Origin: an uncultured Coriobacteriia bacterium
GTDB lineage: Bacteria > Actinomycetota > Coriobacteriia > Coriobacteriales > QAMH01
Direction of reading: 5' to 3'
Assembly: GCA_948466335.1 (NCBI GenBank)
Contig: CAOKAE010000002.1
Coordinates: forward strand, 92,029-156,028
Length of the DNA stretch: 64,000 nt
The notes under the pieces were generated by a model, which saw only the letters and a program-made list of their open reading frames with translations, was not told the origin of the DNA and ran no database searches. How positions within the stretch are numbered: the stretch's first letter is position 1; the number at the start of each line of letters is the position of its first letter. Shown one piece after another: positions 17,645 to 27,142 of this stretch. A program made the translations under genes and the position numbers.

Positions 17645-18112
17645 AGTGTTACTCCTTTTCCTCAATTACCTTTTGGGAAAACTTGAAGCCCTCTTATGTA
17701 CCTAAAGCCAGATTTAAACTCTCGATACATATATGTGATGTGATTTGCGAAGAATCCCACTTCACATTCACTCCGCATAACCAACAACGACAAGGCAACT
17801 ACTTGTCACCAAGAACACGGAGAGCCTAAAAGGCTCAAGCGAACCTTGGGTTGGATTTCAGAGGGTAATGCCTCTAGTCAACCCTCCCTTCACGAATGTG
17901 ATTGGGTAATGTGCGTTAGGGCGCTTTTGTTCTCGATGGTGTCTGGGGCATCGGAAACGCGGGTGACCTAACGTCCCAAAATAATACCAGCAATCGTATA
18001 AAAAGCCTGAACGATTCCAGAGAATCTGTATCCTATTTAGAGAATAATAATGACTATGGTACGAGGCCATACCAAAAGCATGATTTTTGCACGGTACCAG
18101 CGGTTTTTCCCG

Positions 18113-18769
18113 TTATTTCAGACCGGGACGTGTAGGACACAGGTCGACGCAGGGACACTCCTCGCAGCGTGGTCTTCGTGCGATGCAATACTCCCTGCCG
18201 AAGCGTATCCACTGGCTGTTGACGTCCTCCCAGAGCTCCCTTGGCAGAAGCGCGAGAAGGTCCTTCTCGACCTCGCCGGGCGTCTTCTTGTTCGAGAACT
18301 TGAGCTGATGCGCGATGCGGAACACGTGCGTGTCGACGGCAATCCCCTCGACCTCGCCGAAGCATTCGTTCATGACGATGTTGGCGGTCTTGCGACCCAC
18401 GCCGGGAAGCTTTTGCAAATCGTCCATGCTCTGCGGGACCTCGCCATCGAAATCCGCCATGATCATGCGAGCGCAGTTGACACAGTTGCGTGCCTTGTTG
18501 TGGTGAAACCCGATGGTCCAGATGACCTTCTCGAGCTCGTCGACGTCGGCCTGCGCCATCGCCGCCGGCGTCGGCCAGCGCTCGAAGAGCTCGGGCGTGA
18601 CCTTGTTGACGTTGGCATCGGTCGTCTGGGCCGAGAGCGCGACCGCAATCACGCACTGGAAGGGGTTGACGAAGTTGAGCGCCGGCGTGGGCTGGGGATA
18701 CAGCTCGTCCATGCGCGCGCAGAACTCGATGGCGCGTTCGCGCTTCCTTGCCTTGGACTCACGTGGCAT
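18113..18769 (-). CDS. nth: Endonuclease III
   Basis: HhH motif LQKLPGVGRKTANIV and a C-terminal 4Fe-4S cluster loop, CIARRPRCEECPCVDLC. Confidence 0.93.
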   Translation of the reverse strand: MPRESKARKRERAIEFCARMDELYPQPTPALNFVNPFQCVIAVALSAQTTDANVNKVTPELFERWPTPAAMAQADVDELEKVIWTIGFHHNKARNCVNCARMIMADFDGEVPQSMDDLQKLPGVGRKTANIVMNECFGEVEGIAVDTHVFRIAHQLKFSNKKTPGEVEKDLLALLPRELWEDVNSQWIRFGREYCIARRPRCEECPCVDLCPTRPGLK

Positions 18770-18778
18770 TCGGGCCTC

Positions 18779-19645
18779 CTAGTCGAGCGTTATGCCGGGC
18801 GGAAGCGTCGTGGGGTCGATGGGCTCGGCGTCCTTCTTGGCAAAGGCGTCCGTGGCCGGCATGAAGATGAACTTGTAGAGCGACGGACGTTGGTAAAAGC
18901 GTTCGAAGAGCGCAAGGTCACGGTAGAGCCGCAGATAGGGCAAATAGGTGTTCCACTTCATCTTGACGATGCCCACCGGGTTGAGCCCCTGGTGCACGAG
19001 GCTGCCGGCATTGTCCACGTAGTAGTAGAGGGCACGGTCGAGCAGGGAGACCCGGTCGACGAGGCGCACGTAGTCAAGGATGAAGACGTGGTCCTCGCCA
19101 AATTGCATGCGCGTGTCAAAGCGCATGGCGTGCTCCTCGATGATGCTACGCTTGAAGACCTTGTTCCACAGCGAGGTGTAGTAGAAGTTAGACGGACGAT
19201 GCGCCATGAAGGTGGCGTACTTCTCGCGCGAGACGAGGCCGACCGCCGGGCCGTGCTTGTACGACATGGCGTTGCCCTGCACGCGGTAGAAGTCGCATAC
19301 GACCAGGTCGCACGAAGGGCTCGTCGCAGCCTGCATGAACGCCTCGATCGCATCGGGCTCGATCCAGTCATCGGCATCAACGAAGTACACCCAATCGCCC
19401 GTGGCCACATCCAGGCCGATGTTGCGCGAGTCCGAGACGCCGGTGTTGAGCTTGCAGATGAGGTGGATGCGCGAGTCGACGGCGACGTGCTCCTCGGCAA
19501 TGGCCGCACCGCAGTCGGTGCTGCCGTCGTCGATGAGAATGACCTCGATGTTGCCATAGGTCTGCTCGAGAATGCCGCGAATGGAGCGCTCGAGCGTGGC
19601 CTGCGCATTGTAGAAGGACAGTATGACGCTGACCTTTGGGTTCAC
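18779..19645 (-). CDS. Glycosyltransferase family 2
   Basis: VSVILSFYNAQATLERSI...VILIDDGSTD...FVDADD. The start was set to GTG 19645, which forms a GTGA overlap with the tadA stop. Confidence 0.85.
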   Translation of the reverse strand: MNPKVSVILSFYNAQATLERSIRGILEQTYGNIEVILIDDGSTDCGAAIAEEHVAVDSRIHLICKLNTGVSDSRNIGLDVATGDWVYFVDADDWIEPDAIEAFMQAATSPSCDLVVCDFYRVQGNAMSYKHGPAVGLVSREKYATFMAHRPSNFYYTSLWNKVFKRSIIEEHAMRFDTRMQFGEDHVFILDYVRLVDRVSLLDRALYYYVDNAGSLVHQGLNPVGIVKMKWNTYLPYLRLYRDLALFERFYQRPSLYKFIFMPATDAFAKKDAEPIDPTTLPPGITLD

Positions 19646-20109
19646 TTCTTCTCCCTCAGCCGCGCGAAGAAATCGCTGAGCAGCGCGGCACATTCGTTTT
19701 CGAGGACGCCTGATACTACCGCGAAGCGATGGTTCAGACGAGTATCGTCATGTATTTGATACAAAGTCCCCAGAGCGCCCCCCTTTGAATCATGCGCACC
19801 ATACACGCAGCGGTCGATGCGAGACTGCTGCATGAGGCCACCGCACATGAGGCAGGGCTCGAGCGTCACGTACACCGTGCAGCCGGAAAGCCGCCAGCGA
19901 CCAAGCTCGCGCGCCGCCTGTTTGAGGGCGAGGAACTCCGCGTGTCCCGCCGGGTCGTGGTCGATTTCGCGTCGATTGTGCGCCCGGGCGACGAGCTCGC
20001 CTTCGCATGTGACGACGGCCCCGATGGGGACCTCGCCAAGCGCTTCGGCTTCGCGCGCCTGCTCGAGGGCAAGGCGCATGAAGCGGATATCGTCTTCCTG
20101 CGTCGTCAT
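19642..20109 (-). CDS. tadA: tRNA adenosine(34) deaminase
   Basis: CDA motifs HAEFLAL and PCLMCGGLM. Starts at ATG 20109 (MTTQEDD), 5 nt after the glf stop. Confidence 0.9.
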   Translation of the reverse strand: MTTQEDDIRFMRLALEQAREAEALGEVPIGAVVTCEGELVARAHNRREIDHDPAGHAEFLALKQAARELGRWRLSGCTVYVTLEPCLMCGGLMQQSRIDRCVYGAHDSKGGALGTLYQIHDDTRLNHRFAVVSGVLENECAALLSDFFARLREKK

Positions 20110-20114
20110 GGGCG

Positions 20115-21239
20115 CTAGCCGAGCTCGGCCTCGCACAAGTCGAGCGCGGCGGCGATGCAGGGCGCCATGTCGTAGTACTTGTAGGCGCCCAGACGCCCCG
20201 CGAAGACCACGCGGTCCTCCTTGCGGGCGAGCTGCGCGTACTGCTCGTACAGGGCGTTGTTCTTCTCGTCGTTCATCGGGTAGTACGGCTCGTCGCCCGG
20301 CTTCCAGTCGGCCGGATACTCGCGCGTGATCACGGTGTCGGGCAAGACGTTGCCATCGGCATCCTTCATGAACTCGAAGTGCTTGTGCTCGATGATGCGC
20401 GTGAAGGGCTCGTCATGGCTCGTGTAGTTGACCACGGCGTTGCCCTGCCAGTTCTCCTCGCCCTCGAGCAGCTCGCTCTCGAAGCGCAGGCTGCGGTACT
20501 CGAGCGTGCCGAGCTCGTAATCGTAGAACTCGTCGATGGGACCGCAGTAGATGACGCGGCTGGCGATGTCGGGCTCGGCCGCGATGAGATCCTTGTAGTC
20601 GCAGCCCAGGCGCACGTCGGTACCCTCGAGCATGGACTCGACCATGGCGGTGTAGCCACCGATGGGAATGCCCTGGTAGCGGTCGTTGAAGTAGTTGTTG
20701 TCGAACACGAGGCGCACGGGCAGGCGCTTGATGATGAAGGCGGGCAGGTCCTTACAGTCACGCCCCCATTGCTTCTCGGTGTATTCCTTCACGAGCTTCT
20801 CGAAGATGTCGCGGCCCACGAGCGAGAGGGCCTGCTCCTCGAGGTTGGAGGGGTCGGTGATGGATTCGGCGGCGACCTGCTCGTCGATCTTGGCGCGCGC
20901 CTCGGCCGGCGTGGTCACGCCCCACATCTTCGAGAAGGTGTTCATGTTGAAGGGCAGGTTGTAAAGCTCACCGTGGTAGTTGGCGACGGGAGCGTTGACG
21001 TAGTTGTTGAACTCGGCGAACTGGTTGACGTAGTCCCAGACGCGCTTGTCGGAGGTATGGAAGATGTGCGCGCCGTACTCGTGGACATTGATGCCGTTGA
21101 CCTTGCGCGTGTACACGTTTCCGGCGATGTGGTCGCGCTTGTCGATGACCAGACAGCTCTTGCCGGCCTTCTTCGCCTCGTGCGCGAACACCGCGCCCGT
21201 GAGACCGGCACCGACAACCAGATAGTCGTAATGAGACAT
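20115..21239 (-). CDS. glf: UDP-galactopyranose mutase
   Basis: Starts at ATG 21239 (MSHYDYLVVGAGLTGAVFA, an FAD fold). Also has YEYRSLRFE and YYPMNDEKN. 374 aa. Confidence 0.92.
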   Translation of the reverse strand: MSHYDYLVVGAGLTGAVFAHEAKKAGKSCLVIDKRDHIAGNVYTRKVNGINVHEYGAHIFHTSDKRVWDYVNQFAEFNNYVNAPVANYHGELYNLPFNMNTFSKMWGVTTPAEARAKIDEQVAAESITDPSNLEEQALSLVGRDIFEKLVKEYTEKQWGRDCKDLPAFIIKRLPVRLVFDNNYFNDRYQGIPIGGYTAMVESMLEGTDVRLGCDYKDLIAAEPDIASRVIYCGPIDEFYDYELGTLEYRSLRFESELLEGEENWQGNAVVNYTSHDEPFTRIIEHKHFEFMKDADGNVLPDTVITREYPADWKPGDEPYYPMNDEKNNALYEQYAQLARKEDRVVFAGRLGAYKYYDMAPCIAAALDLCEAELG

Positions 21240-21285
21240 GATCAATCCCTTTCGTGAGAATGTTCGTGCACAAGCATAGCGTAGA

Positions 21286-21699
21286 TTATCCGCGGTGCGG
21301 ACTTCGATCCTCGAGGAATACCTTGCGCGTGACGAAGTTGAAGAGCATGACAAGCACCGTGGCGACGAGCTTGCCAACCCAGGCGAGAAGCGCGAGCAAG
21401 TCGACGCATGCCCAGAGTATGAGCTGGTTGAGCCCCAGCCCCACGAGGCTCAGCACGAAGAAGATGACGAACTGCTGCATGCGCGTCTGCCCCTCCTTGC
21501 CCGCAAAGACATAGCGCATGCTCGCCACGAAGTTGAAGATGGTCGCGATGGTGAACGAGATGGCCGAGGCGACGAGGTAATTCACCCCGAAGACGTAATC
21601 CATGAGCAGGAACAGGCCGTAGTCGATGAAAAAGGCGATGACGCCGACGACGCCGAACTTGGCGAATTGAACGGTGAGCTCTCTCAGATAGGTATTCAT
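21286..21699 (-). CDS. GtrA family membrane protein
   Basis: 137 aa with 4 TM segments. Contains FAKFGVVGVIAFFIDYGLF... Confidence 0.8.
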   Translation of the reverse strand: MNTYLRELTVQFAKFGVVGVIAFFIDYGLFLLMDYVFGVNYLVASAISFTIATIFNFVASMRYVFAGKEGQTRMQQFVIFFVLSLVGLGLNQLILWACVDLLALLAWVGKLVATVLVMLFNFVTRKVFLEDRSPHRG

Positions 21700-21785
21700 G
21701 GATATATATTGTATCCAGTTTCAACAAAAGGACAGGCTGGAATAGAATAGGCCTACCAACGAGCGGCGAGCATAGGAGAGGTGCC

Positions 21786-22940
21786 GTGGCTTCATCCGAC
21801 AAGCATATCCACGAGGTGCGCGAGCTTAACGGCCACACCTGCGACGTGTACTACCAGGACTTCGACGCGAGCCTATCGTTCGTGGTGCCCATCTACAACG
21901 CCGCCTACACCCTGGAGTGGGCACTCGGCTCGCTCTTCGCGCAAAGCTGCGATGGTGGCGTCGAGATCGTCTGCGTGGATGACGCATCGACCGATGACAG
22001 CCGCGAAATCATCGAGCGCTTCGCCCGTGACCCCCGCGTCACGATCGTCTCGCACCGCGAAAACGCCGGATACGGCGCGGCCATGAACGATGGCATCGCC
22101 GTCGCCCGCGGCACGTGGATCGGCATCCTCGAACCTGACGACTACATTTTGCCCGGCATGGCCGCCAAGCTCATGGACGCGGCGGAAAACCACGCGTGCG
22201 ATATCGTGAAGACGCCCTACGTCCGCGAGGTACGCGAGCACGGTACGCTGCGCGGCGACGCCCCCAAGGAGCACCTGCAGTGCAGCTATCGCTACCGCAT
22301 TCACCCCAGGACCGAGGTGTTCACGATCACCGATCCCGGCGTCGTGCACATCCTGCGTCATCACCCCTCCATCTGGTCGGCCATCTACCGCAAGGGCTTT
22401 CTCGAGGACAACGGCATCAGGTTCCACGAGTATCCCGGCGCGGGCTGGGCGGACAACGAGTTCTTCTACGACACGCTGCTGCGCGGGCGCATCGTCTACG
22501 TCGACGAACCCTTCTACGTGTACCGCGAGGAGACGCGCCAGGAAGCGGCCGCCTTCGAACGCAAGAACAAGACGCTGCCCTTCGACCGCTGGCAGTCGAT
22601 GGCCGATATCATCGAGCTTCTGGGCATCACCGACGAGGGCGTGCTGAAGAGCCATATCAGCAAGGGCTTCACCTACTTCAACGGCCAATACGAATCCAAC
22701 GGCGACGACCCCGAGGTCATCGAGGCGGCAAATGCCATGTTCGATCGCATGGACCCCGCCCTCGTGGCAAGTGAGGTCAAGCTCAATCCCGCAATCAAGG
22801 AGCGCTTCGCCGAGCGTCGCGGCGTGAAGGTGAAGAACTCGCGCCTGCGTTTTGGGCTGAGCCTCGCGAGCGAGTTTGTCTACCGCGCCCGCGCCAATGG
22901 CCTCGATTACGCCGTTCGCTGCACCAAGGAATACCTGTAG
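21786..22940 (+). CDS. Glycosyltransferase family 2
   Basis: GTG start with SD AGGAGAGG upstream. Contains LSFVVPIYNAAYTLEWAL...VCVDDASTDDS...LEPDD. Confidence 0.85.
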   Translation: MASSDKHIHEVRELNGHTCDVYYQDFDASLSFVVPIYNAAYTLEWALGSLFAQSCDGGVEIVCVDDASTDDSREIIERFARDPRVTIVSHRENAGYGAAMNDGIAVARGTWIGILEPDDYILPGMAAKLMDAAENHACDIVKTPYVREVREHGTLRGDAPKEHLQCSYRYRIHPRTEVFTITDPGVVHILRHHPSIWSAIYRKGFLEDNGIRFHEYPGAGWADNEFFYDTLLRGRIVYVDEPFYVYREETRQEAAAFERKNKTLPFDRWQSMADIIELLGITDEGVLKSHISKGFTYFNGQYESNGDDPEVIEAANAMFDRMDPALVASEVKLNPAIKERFAERRGVKVKNSRLRFGLSLASEFVYRARANGLDYAVRCTKEYL

Positions 22941-22957
22941 ACCGCAAGGAGACACGA

Positions 22958-24190
22958 GTGAGCAATGCAAAGATCGCCGTCGTCACGCAGGCCGTGAAGC
23001 TTGCCGACGAAACCGCCGGCCTCAACCGCACCTCCTACATCGCCGAGCTTCTTGCCAGGGAAGGCTACGAAGTCGACCTGCTGACCTCGACCTTCCAGCA
23101 CTGGGAGAAGAAGCGTCGCGACATCGCCGACCCCAAGTATCACGAGCTGCCCTACGAGGTCATCTTCATCGAGGAGCCCGGCTACGGCTCCAACATCAAT
23201 CCCAAGCGCATATACAGCCAAAGCGTCTTCAGCAAGAACCTGCGCCGTTACCTCGAGCGCTACGGCGCGGACTACGACCTCGTCTGGTGCCAGATTCCGC
23301 CCAACAACATCGCGGCCGACGCCGGTACCTTCGCCCATGAGCGCAACATTCCCTTCGTCGTCGACATCAACGACCTGTGGCCCGAGGCCATGAAGATGGT
23401 TGCGGACGTGCCCGTGTTGAGTGACTTCGCCCTGAGCGACTTCGAACGCAACGCGGCCATTGCCTACGCGTGCGCATCGGCGGCCGTCGGGACCTCCCAC
23501 GAGTACGCCCATCGCTGCCTGCAGGACATTCCGCACCTCACCGTGTACGTCGGCGGCGACATCGCCTATTTCGACGAGGGCGTGAAGCGCTACGCCCCAT
23601 CCATCGCCAAGAACGACGACGAGCTCTGGATCGCCTATGCCGGGTCGCTGGCGCGCAGCTACGACGTGGCGACGCTCGTGCACGCCTGCCAGCTCGCGGC
23701 ACCCATCATCGCCGAGGAGCTTGGCAAGCGGCTCAGCCTCTACATCATGGGCGATGGTCCCAACCGTCCGGGCCTCGAGAGACTCGCCGACGAAATCGAC
23801 GCCCCCGTCGTGTTCACCGGCTATGTGGACTACCAGATCATGGCCGCGTACCTCGTCGCGAGCGACATACTCGTCAACTCGCTCATCAAAGGAGCGCCCC
23901 AGTCGATCGTCTCCAAAATTGCCGACTACCTCTGCGCGGGACGACCCATCATCAACACCGGCGAGAGCCAGGAGTTCAAGGACAAGTGCACGAACGATGG
24001 CTTTGGCGTGAACGTGGAGCCGGAAGACGTCGCCGAGCTCGTGGGCGCCATCGTCGCCCTCGCCCATGACGAGGAGGCACGCGATCGCATGGGCAAACGC
24101 GGACGGGCCATTGCCGAGGAGCAGTTTGACCGACCTGTGGCCTATCGCGAAATCGTGGATTTGGTTGGCAGGCTGCTCGAGGACTCCTAG
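22958..24190 (+). CDS. Glycosyltransferase family 4 (GT-B fold)
   Basis: GTG start with SD AAGGAG 6 nt upstream. The C-terminal half shows the GT1/GT4 pattern (FTGYVDY...ASDILVNSL...PQSIVSKIADYLCAGRPII). Confidence 0.8.
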   Translation: MSNAKIAVVTQAVKLADETAGLNRTSYIAELLAREGYEVDLLTSTFQHWEKKRRDIADPKYHELPYEVIFIEEPGYGSNINPKRIYSQSVFSKNLRRYLERYGADYDLVWCQIPPNNIAADAGTFAHERNIPFVVDINDLWPEAMKMVADVPVLSDFALSDFERNAAIAYACASAAVGTSHEYAHRCLQDIPHLTVYVGGDIAYFDEGVKRYAPSIAKNDDELWIAYAGSLARSYDVATLVHACQLAAPIIAEELGKRLSLYIMGDGPNRPGLERLADEIDAPVVFTGYVDYQIMAAYLVASDILVNSLIKGAPQSIVSKIADYLCAGRPIINTGESQEFKDKCTNDGFGVNVEPEDVAELVGAIVALAHDEEARDRMGKRGRAIAEEQFDRPVAYREIVDLVGRLLEDS

Positions 24191-24214
24191 CGGCGCGGGA
24201 CGACAGCCTAGCCG

Positions 24215-25006
24215 CTAGATGCCCTGACGATAGGCTTCGCAAACCTCGAGAACGGGCCCCTGCATGCGGGCCACGCCCTTCTCGATCCACAGGGCGCGTT
24301 CGCACACGCGCTCGACCTGCTCGATGGAGTGCGACACGAAGAGCAGCGTCGTACCATGGGCGACGAGCTCCTTGATGCGGTTCTCGCACTTTTCCTGGAA
24401 GCGGAAGTCACCCACCGAAAGCGCCTCGTCGACGACGAGGATATCGGGCGTGGTGACCGTGGCAATGGCGAACGCGATGCGCGCGACCATGCCCGAGGAG
24501 TAGTTCTTGATGGGCATGTCCTGGAAATCGCGAATTTCGGCAAAGTCGATGATGCGCTCGTAGTTCTCGTTGATGAACTGCTTGCTGTAGCCGAGTAGGG
24601 CGCCGTTGAGATAGACGTTCTCGCGGGCCGTGAGCTCGAAGTCAAAGCCGGCACCGAGCTCGATGATGGGGGCGATGGTACCATTCACCGTGACTGACCC
24701 GTTCGAGGGCTCGAGCACGCCGGCGACGAGCTTGAGCAGCGTGGACTTGCCCGAACCGTTGCTGCCCACGACACCGTAGACTTCGCCGCGGTGGATGGTG
24801 AACGATACGTCCTTGAGCGCCTTGAACTCCTCGAAGAAGAGCTCGCGTCGTACGAGCTTGATGAAATACTCCTTGAGGTTGTTGAGCTGTTCGCTCGCGA
24901 TGTTGAAGATCATGTCGACATGGTCGAAGACGATGACCGCCTCGTCGCTCGTGGCGCCTGGGTCCTTCTCGACCCATGTCTCGCTTTTCTGCAAATCCTC
25001 GGCCAT
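24215..25006 (-). CDS. ABC transporter ATP-binding protein (polysaccharide/teichoic-acid exporter type)
   Basis: Walker A GSNGSGKST, signature YSSGM, Walker B ILVVDEAL. Starts at ATG 25006; the ORF-track extension to 25549 overlaps the permease gene. Confidence 0.9.
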   Translation of the reverse strand: MAEDLQKSETWVEKDPGATSDEAVIVFDHVDMIFNIASEQLNNLKEYFIKLVRRELFFEEFKALKDVSFTIHRGEVYGVVGSNGSGKSTLLKLVAGVLEPSNGSVTVNGTIAPIIELGAGFDFELTARENVYLNGALLGYSKQFINENYERIIDFAEIRDFQDMPIKNYSSGMVARIAFAIATVTTPDILVVDEALSVGDFRFQEKCENRIKELVAHGTTLLFVSHSIEQVERVCERALWIEKGVARMQGPVLEVCEAYRQGI

Positions 25007-25014
25007 GGACTCCC

Positions 25015-25809
25015 CTATACGTACAGGATGAACTTCTTCTCGGTCTTGCGGAAGACGAGAAGGCCGACGAGGAAGGTGACGACCGCCATGCCCAGGCAGA
25101 TGAGATGTTCCATGCCGCTGGGAAGAACGCCGTACATCATGATGTCGCGGAAGTACGCGACGTAATGGTACATGGGGTTGAACTGCATGATCTGCTGCAT
25201 CCAGGGCTCGAGCAGGTCCATGGGATAGAAAAGCGGCGTGGCGTAGGTCCATGCCGTGATAAGGACCTCCCAGAGGTGGAAGACGTCGCGGAAGAACACG
25301 CCAAGCGCGGATATGAGCAGGCCGAGCCCCATGCTGAAGAGCGTGACGAAGAGCACCAAGACCGGCAGGAGGAGCACCTGCCAGGAGGGAAACACCTGGA
25401 GGTAGATCATGACACACACGGCGGCGATGAGCGAGAAGCCAAAGTTGAGCAAAGCGAAGATGACCTTTTCGACGGGAAAGATCGCCTTCTCGATGCGAAT
25501 CTTCTTGATGAGGGACGAGGAATCGACGATGGAGGTCATCGCCGTGCACGTCGCCGTGCTCATGAAGCCGAAGAGGATGTTGCCGAGAATCACGTAGAGC
25601 GGGAAGTGCTCGATGTTGAACTTGAACATGTACGAGAACACCGCGCTCATGATGATCATCATGAGCAGCGGGTTGAGGATGGACCAGACGATGCCGAGGA
25701 CGCTACGACGGTACTTGCGCTTGAAGTCCTTGGAGACAAGGGCAGAGAGCACGCCCCAGTTCTTCTTGAACTCGCTGCGTGTCATGTCCCCTTGTGCGCT
25801 CGTCGTCAT
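25015..25809 (-). CDS. ABC-2 type transporter permease (Wzm/TagG-like)
   Basis: 264 aa with 6 TM segments. Contains FKRKYRRSVLGIVWSILNPLLMM, typical of ABC-2 exporters. Confidence 0.88.
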   Translation of the reverse strand: MTTSAQGDMTRSEFKKNWGVLSALVSKDFKRKYRRSVLGIVWSILNPLLMMIIMSAVFSYMFKFNIEHFPLYVILGNILFGFMSTATCTAMTSIVDSSSLIKKIRIEKAIFPVEKVIFALLNFGFSLIAAVCVMIYLQVFPSWQVLLLPVLVLFVTLFSMGLGLLISALGVFFRDVFHLWEVLITAWTYATPLFYPMDLLEPWMQQIMQFNPMYHYVAYFRDIMMYGVLPSGMEHLICLGMAVVTFLVGLLVFRKTEKKFILYV

Positions 25810-25839
25810 ATCCGGAAAGCCTCTGCCCAGACCCGCGTC

Positions 25840-26118
25840 CTAGACGTTGTACATGAACTCGAACACGTCCTCGCGCTGGATGACGACCTGCAAGTTGAGG
25901 GCCTTGCCGTCGCGCGCGAGCAGTTCCTGAACCTCGTTGAACGTGGCGACGTCTTCGTCGAGCGTCACGAGCATGGTCATCGAGAAGATGTCGTTGAGAA
26001 CGTTTTGCTGGATATCGTCAATGTTGGCGCCGCAATCGGCCAGCGTCGTGGCGATGGTCGCGACGATGCGGCTGCGGTCCTTGCCCAAGACGGTTACGAC
26101 GGTTCTCGTTGGAGTCAT
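25840..26118 (-). CDS. ACT domain protein (UPF0237-like)
   Basis: 92 aa. Contains VVTVLGKDRSRIVATIATTLADCGANIDDIQQ. Confidence 0.8.
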   Translation of the reverse strand: MTPTRTVVTVLGKDRSRIVATIATTLADCGANIDDIQQNVLNDIFSMTMLVTLDEDVATFNEVQELLARDGKALNLQVVIQREDVFEFMYNV

Positions 26119-26216
26119 TTTGTTCCCTTCAGATTTTCGTAGGGTCCATGGTACCGCAAATGCTCCCCTGCGCCACCCATGCGTTCGCGTATGGAAGGGG
26201 TTCTGCTGCGGGGCGT

Positions 26217-27125
26217 CTATTCGTCAATGTCGAGAATCGGCTCCTCGAGCGATTCGCTCAAATGCGCGCAAGGTGCGATGTCCTTCCAGTTCTCGGGTGG
26301 CAAGCTGGGAATGGCGACGATGAAGACCGCGCCGTGACCGGGGAGGTTTGCCGCCTGCACGGTGCCCCCCATGGATTCGGCGAGCGCCTTGACGATGGCG
26401 AGCCCCAGACCGCTGTTGCCGCTTCCCTTGAACCGCGCGCGGCTCTGGTCGGCCCGGTAGAAACGGTCGAAGAGGTGCTCGGGCGACTCGTCGCCAAAGC
26501 CCGGCCCGTCGTCCTTGACCGCGATGACCGAATGGCCCTCGTTGCAGGTGATCTCGACACGGACATGGCCGCCCTCGCCCGCGAACCGGCTCGCGTTCTC
26601 GATGAGGTTCACGAGTATTTGATTGAGCGCGTCCGCGTTACCTTTGACATCCGGTGCCTCGCCCACCACCGTGAGGTTCACGCCGCGTTCCTCCACCAGG
26701 CCCTGCATGAGCAAGGCGCAGTTATCCGCGATGGCGCGCAGGTTGATGCGCGTGAGCTCCATGCTCTCGCCCTCGGCACGCTGCAAGGTGAGCAAGTCGT
26801 TTGCCAGACGCGTCAGGCGATCGCACTCCTTCACGATCTGCTCGAGGAAACGCTGCTGCATTGCCTCCGGCACGTCGCCCTCGAGCAGGGTCTCGGCCGC
26901 ACCCCGGATGGCGGTCAACGGCGTGCGAATCTCATGACTGACGTCACTCACGAACTGGGCCTGGCGAGCCTCCTCGGTTCGCATCTCGTTGATGGTCTCG
27001 CGCATGAACTCGCGGACCTCGCGCGGCGGATCGGCTTGTTCGAAGAAGCGCACGACATCGGCCGGAACCTCGTCACCGAAGATGTCCTGGGAATCGGGCC
27101 CGTTGGTGGCATTCTCTGCAGACAC
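26217..27125 (-). CDS. Sensor histidine kinase lacking TM/sensor domain
   Basis: H-box FVSDVSHEIRTPL. The N, G1 and G2 boxes include DDGPGF and GSGNSGLGLAIVK. Only about 60 soluble residues precede the HisKA domain. Confidence 0.88.
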   Translation of the reverse strand: MSAENATNGPDSQDIFGDEVPADVVRFFEQADPPREVREFMRETINEMRTEEARQAQFVSDVSHEIRTPLTAIRGAAETLLEGDVPEAMQQRFLEQIVKECDRLTRLANDLLTLQRAEGESMELTRINLRAIADNCALLMQGLVEERGVNLTVVGEAPDVKGNADALNQILVNLIENASRFAGEGGHVRVEITCNEGHSVIAVKDDGPGFGDESPEHLFDRFYRADQSRARFKGSGNSGLGLAIVKALAESMGGTVQAANLPGHGAVFIVAIPSLPPENWKDIAPCAHLSESLEEPILDIDE

Positions 27126-27142
27126 GGCGGTCCTCCTCGCCC

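Noticed and set aside
15347-17686. 779-aa plus-strand ORF
   Set aside because: It is a shadow ORF opposite the molybdopterin oxidoreductase, with no motifs and biased composition.
17858-18070. 70-aa minus-strand ORF in the long intergenic region
   Set aside because: It has no SD, odd composition (W/Y/H/C/R-rich), and lies in the AT-richer leader. It is more likely non-coding.
17645-18112. Possible Moco riboswitch upstream of the molybdoenzyme
   Set aside because: I could not recognise the conserved Moco-motif core from memory. It is left as an untested possibility (cmscan against RF01055 would decide) and is not called as a feature.
24215-25549. Over-extended ORF-track starts: 24215..25549, 31175..32920, 54811..56781, 27143..28087, 27630..28739, 20115..21377, 59637..61139, 57446..58522, 2232..2864 and 11556..12662
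   Set aside because: The N-terminal extensions overlap neighbouring real genes and have Arg/Pro-rich nonsense composition. Internal starts with SDs and family-typical N-termini were used instead.
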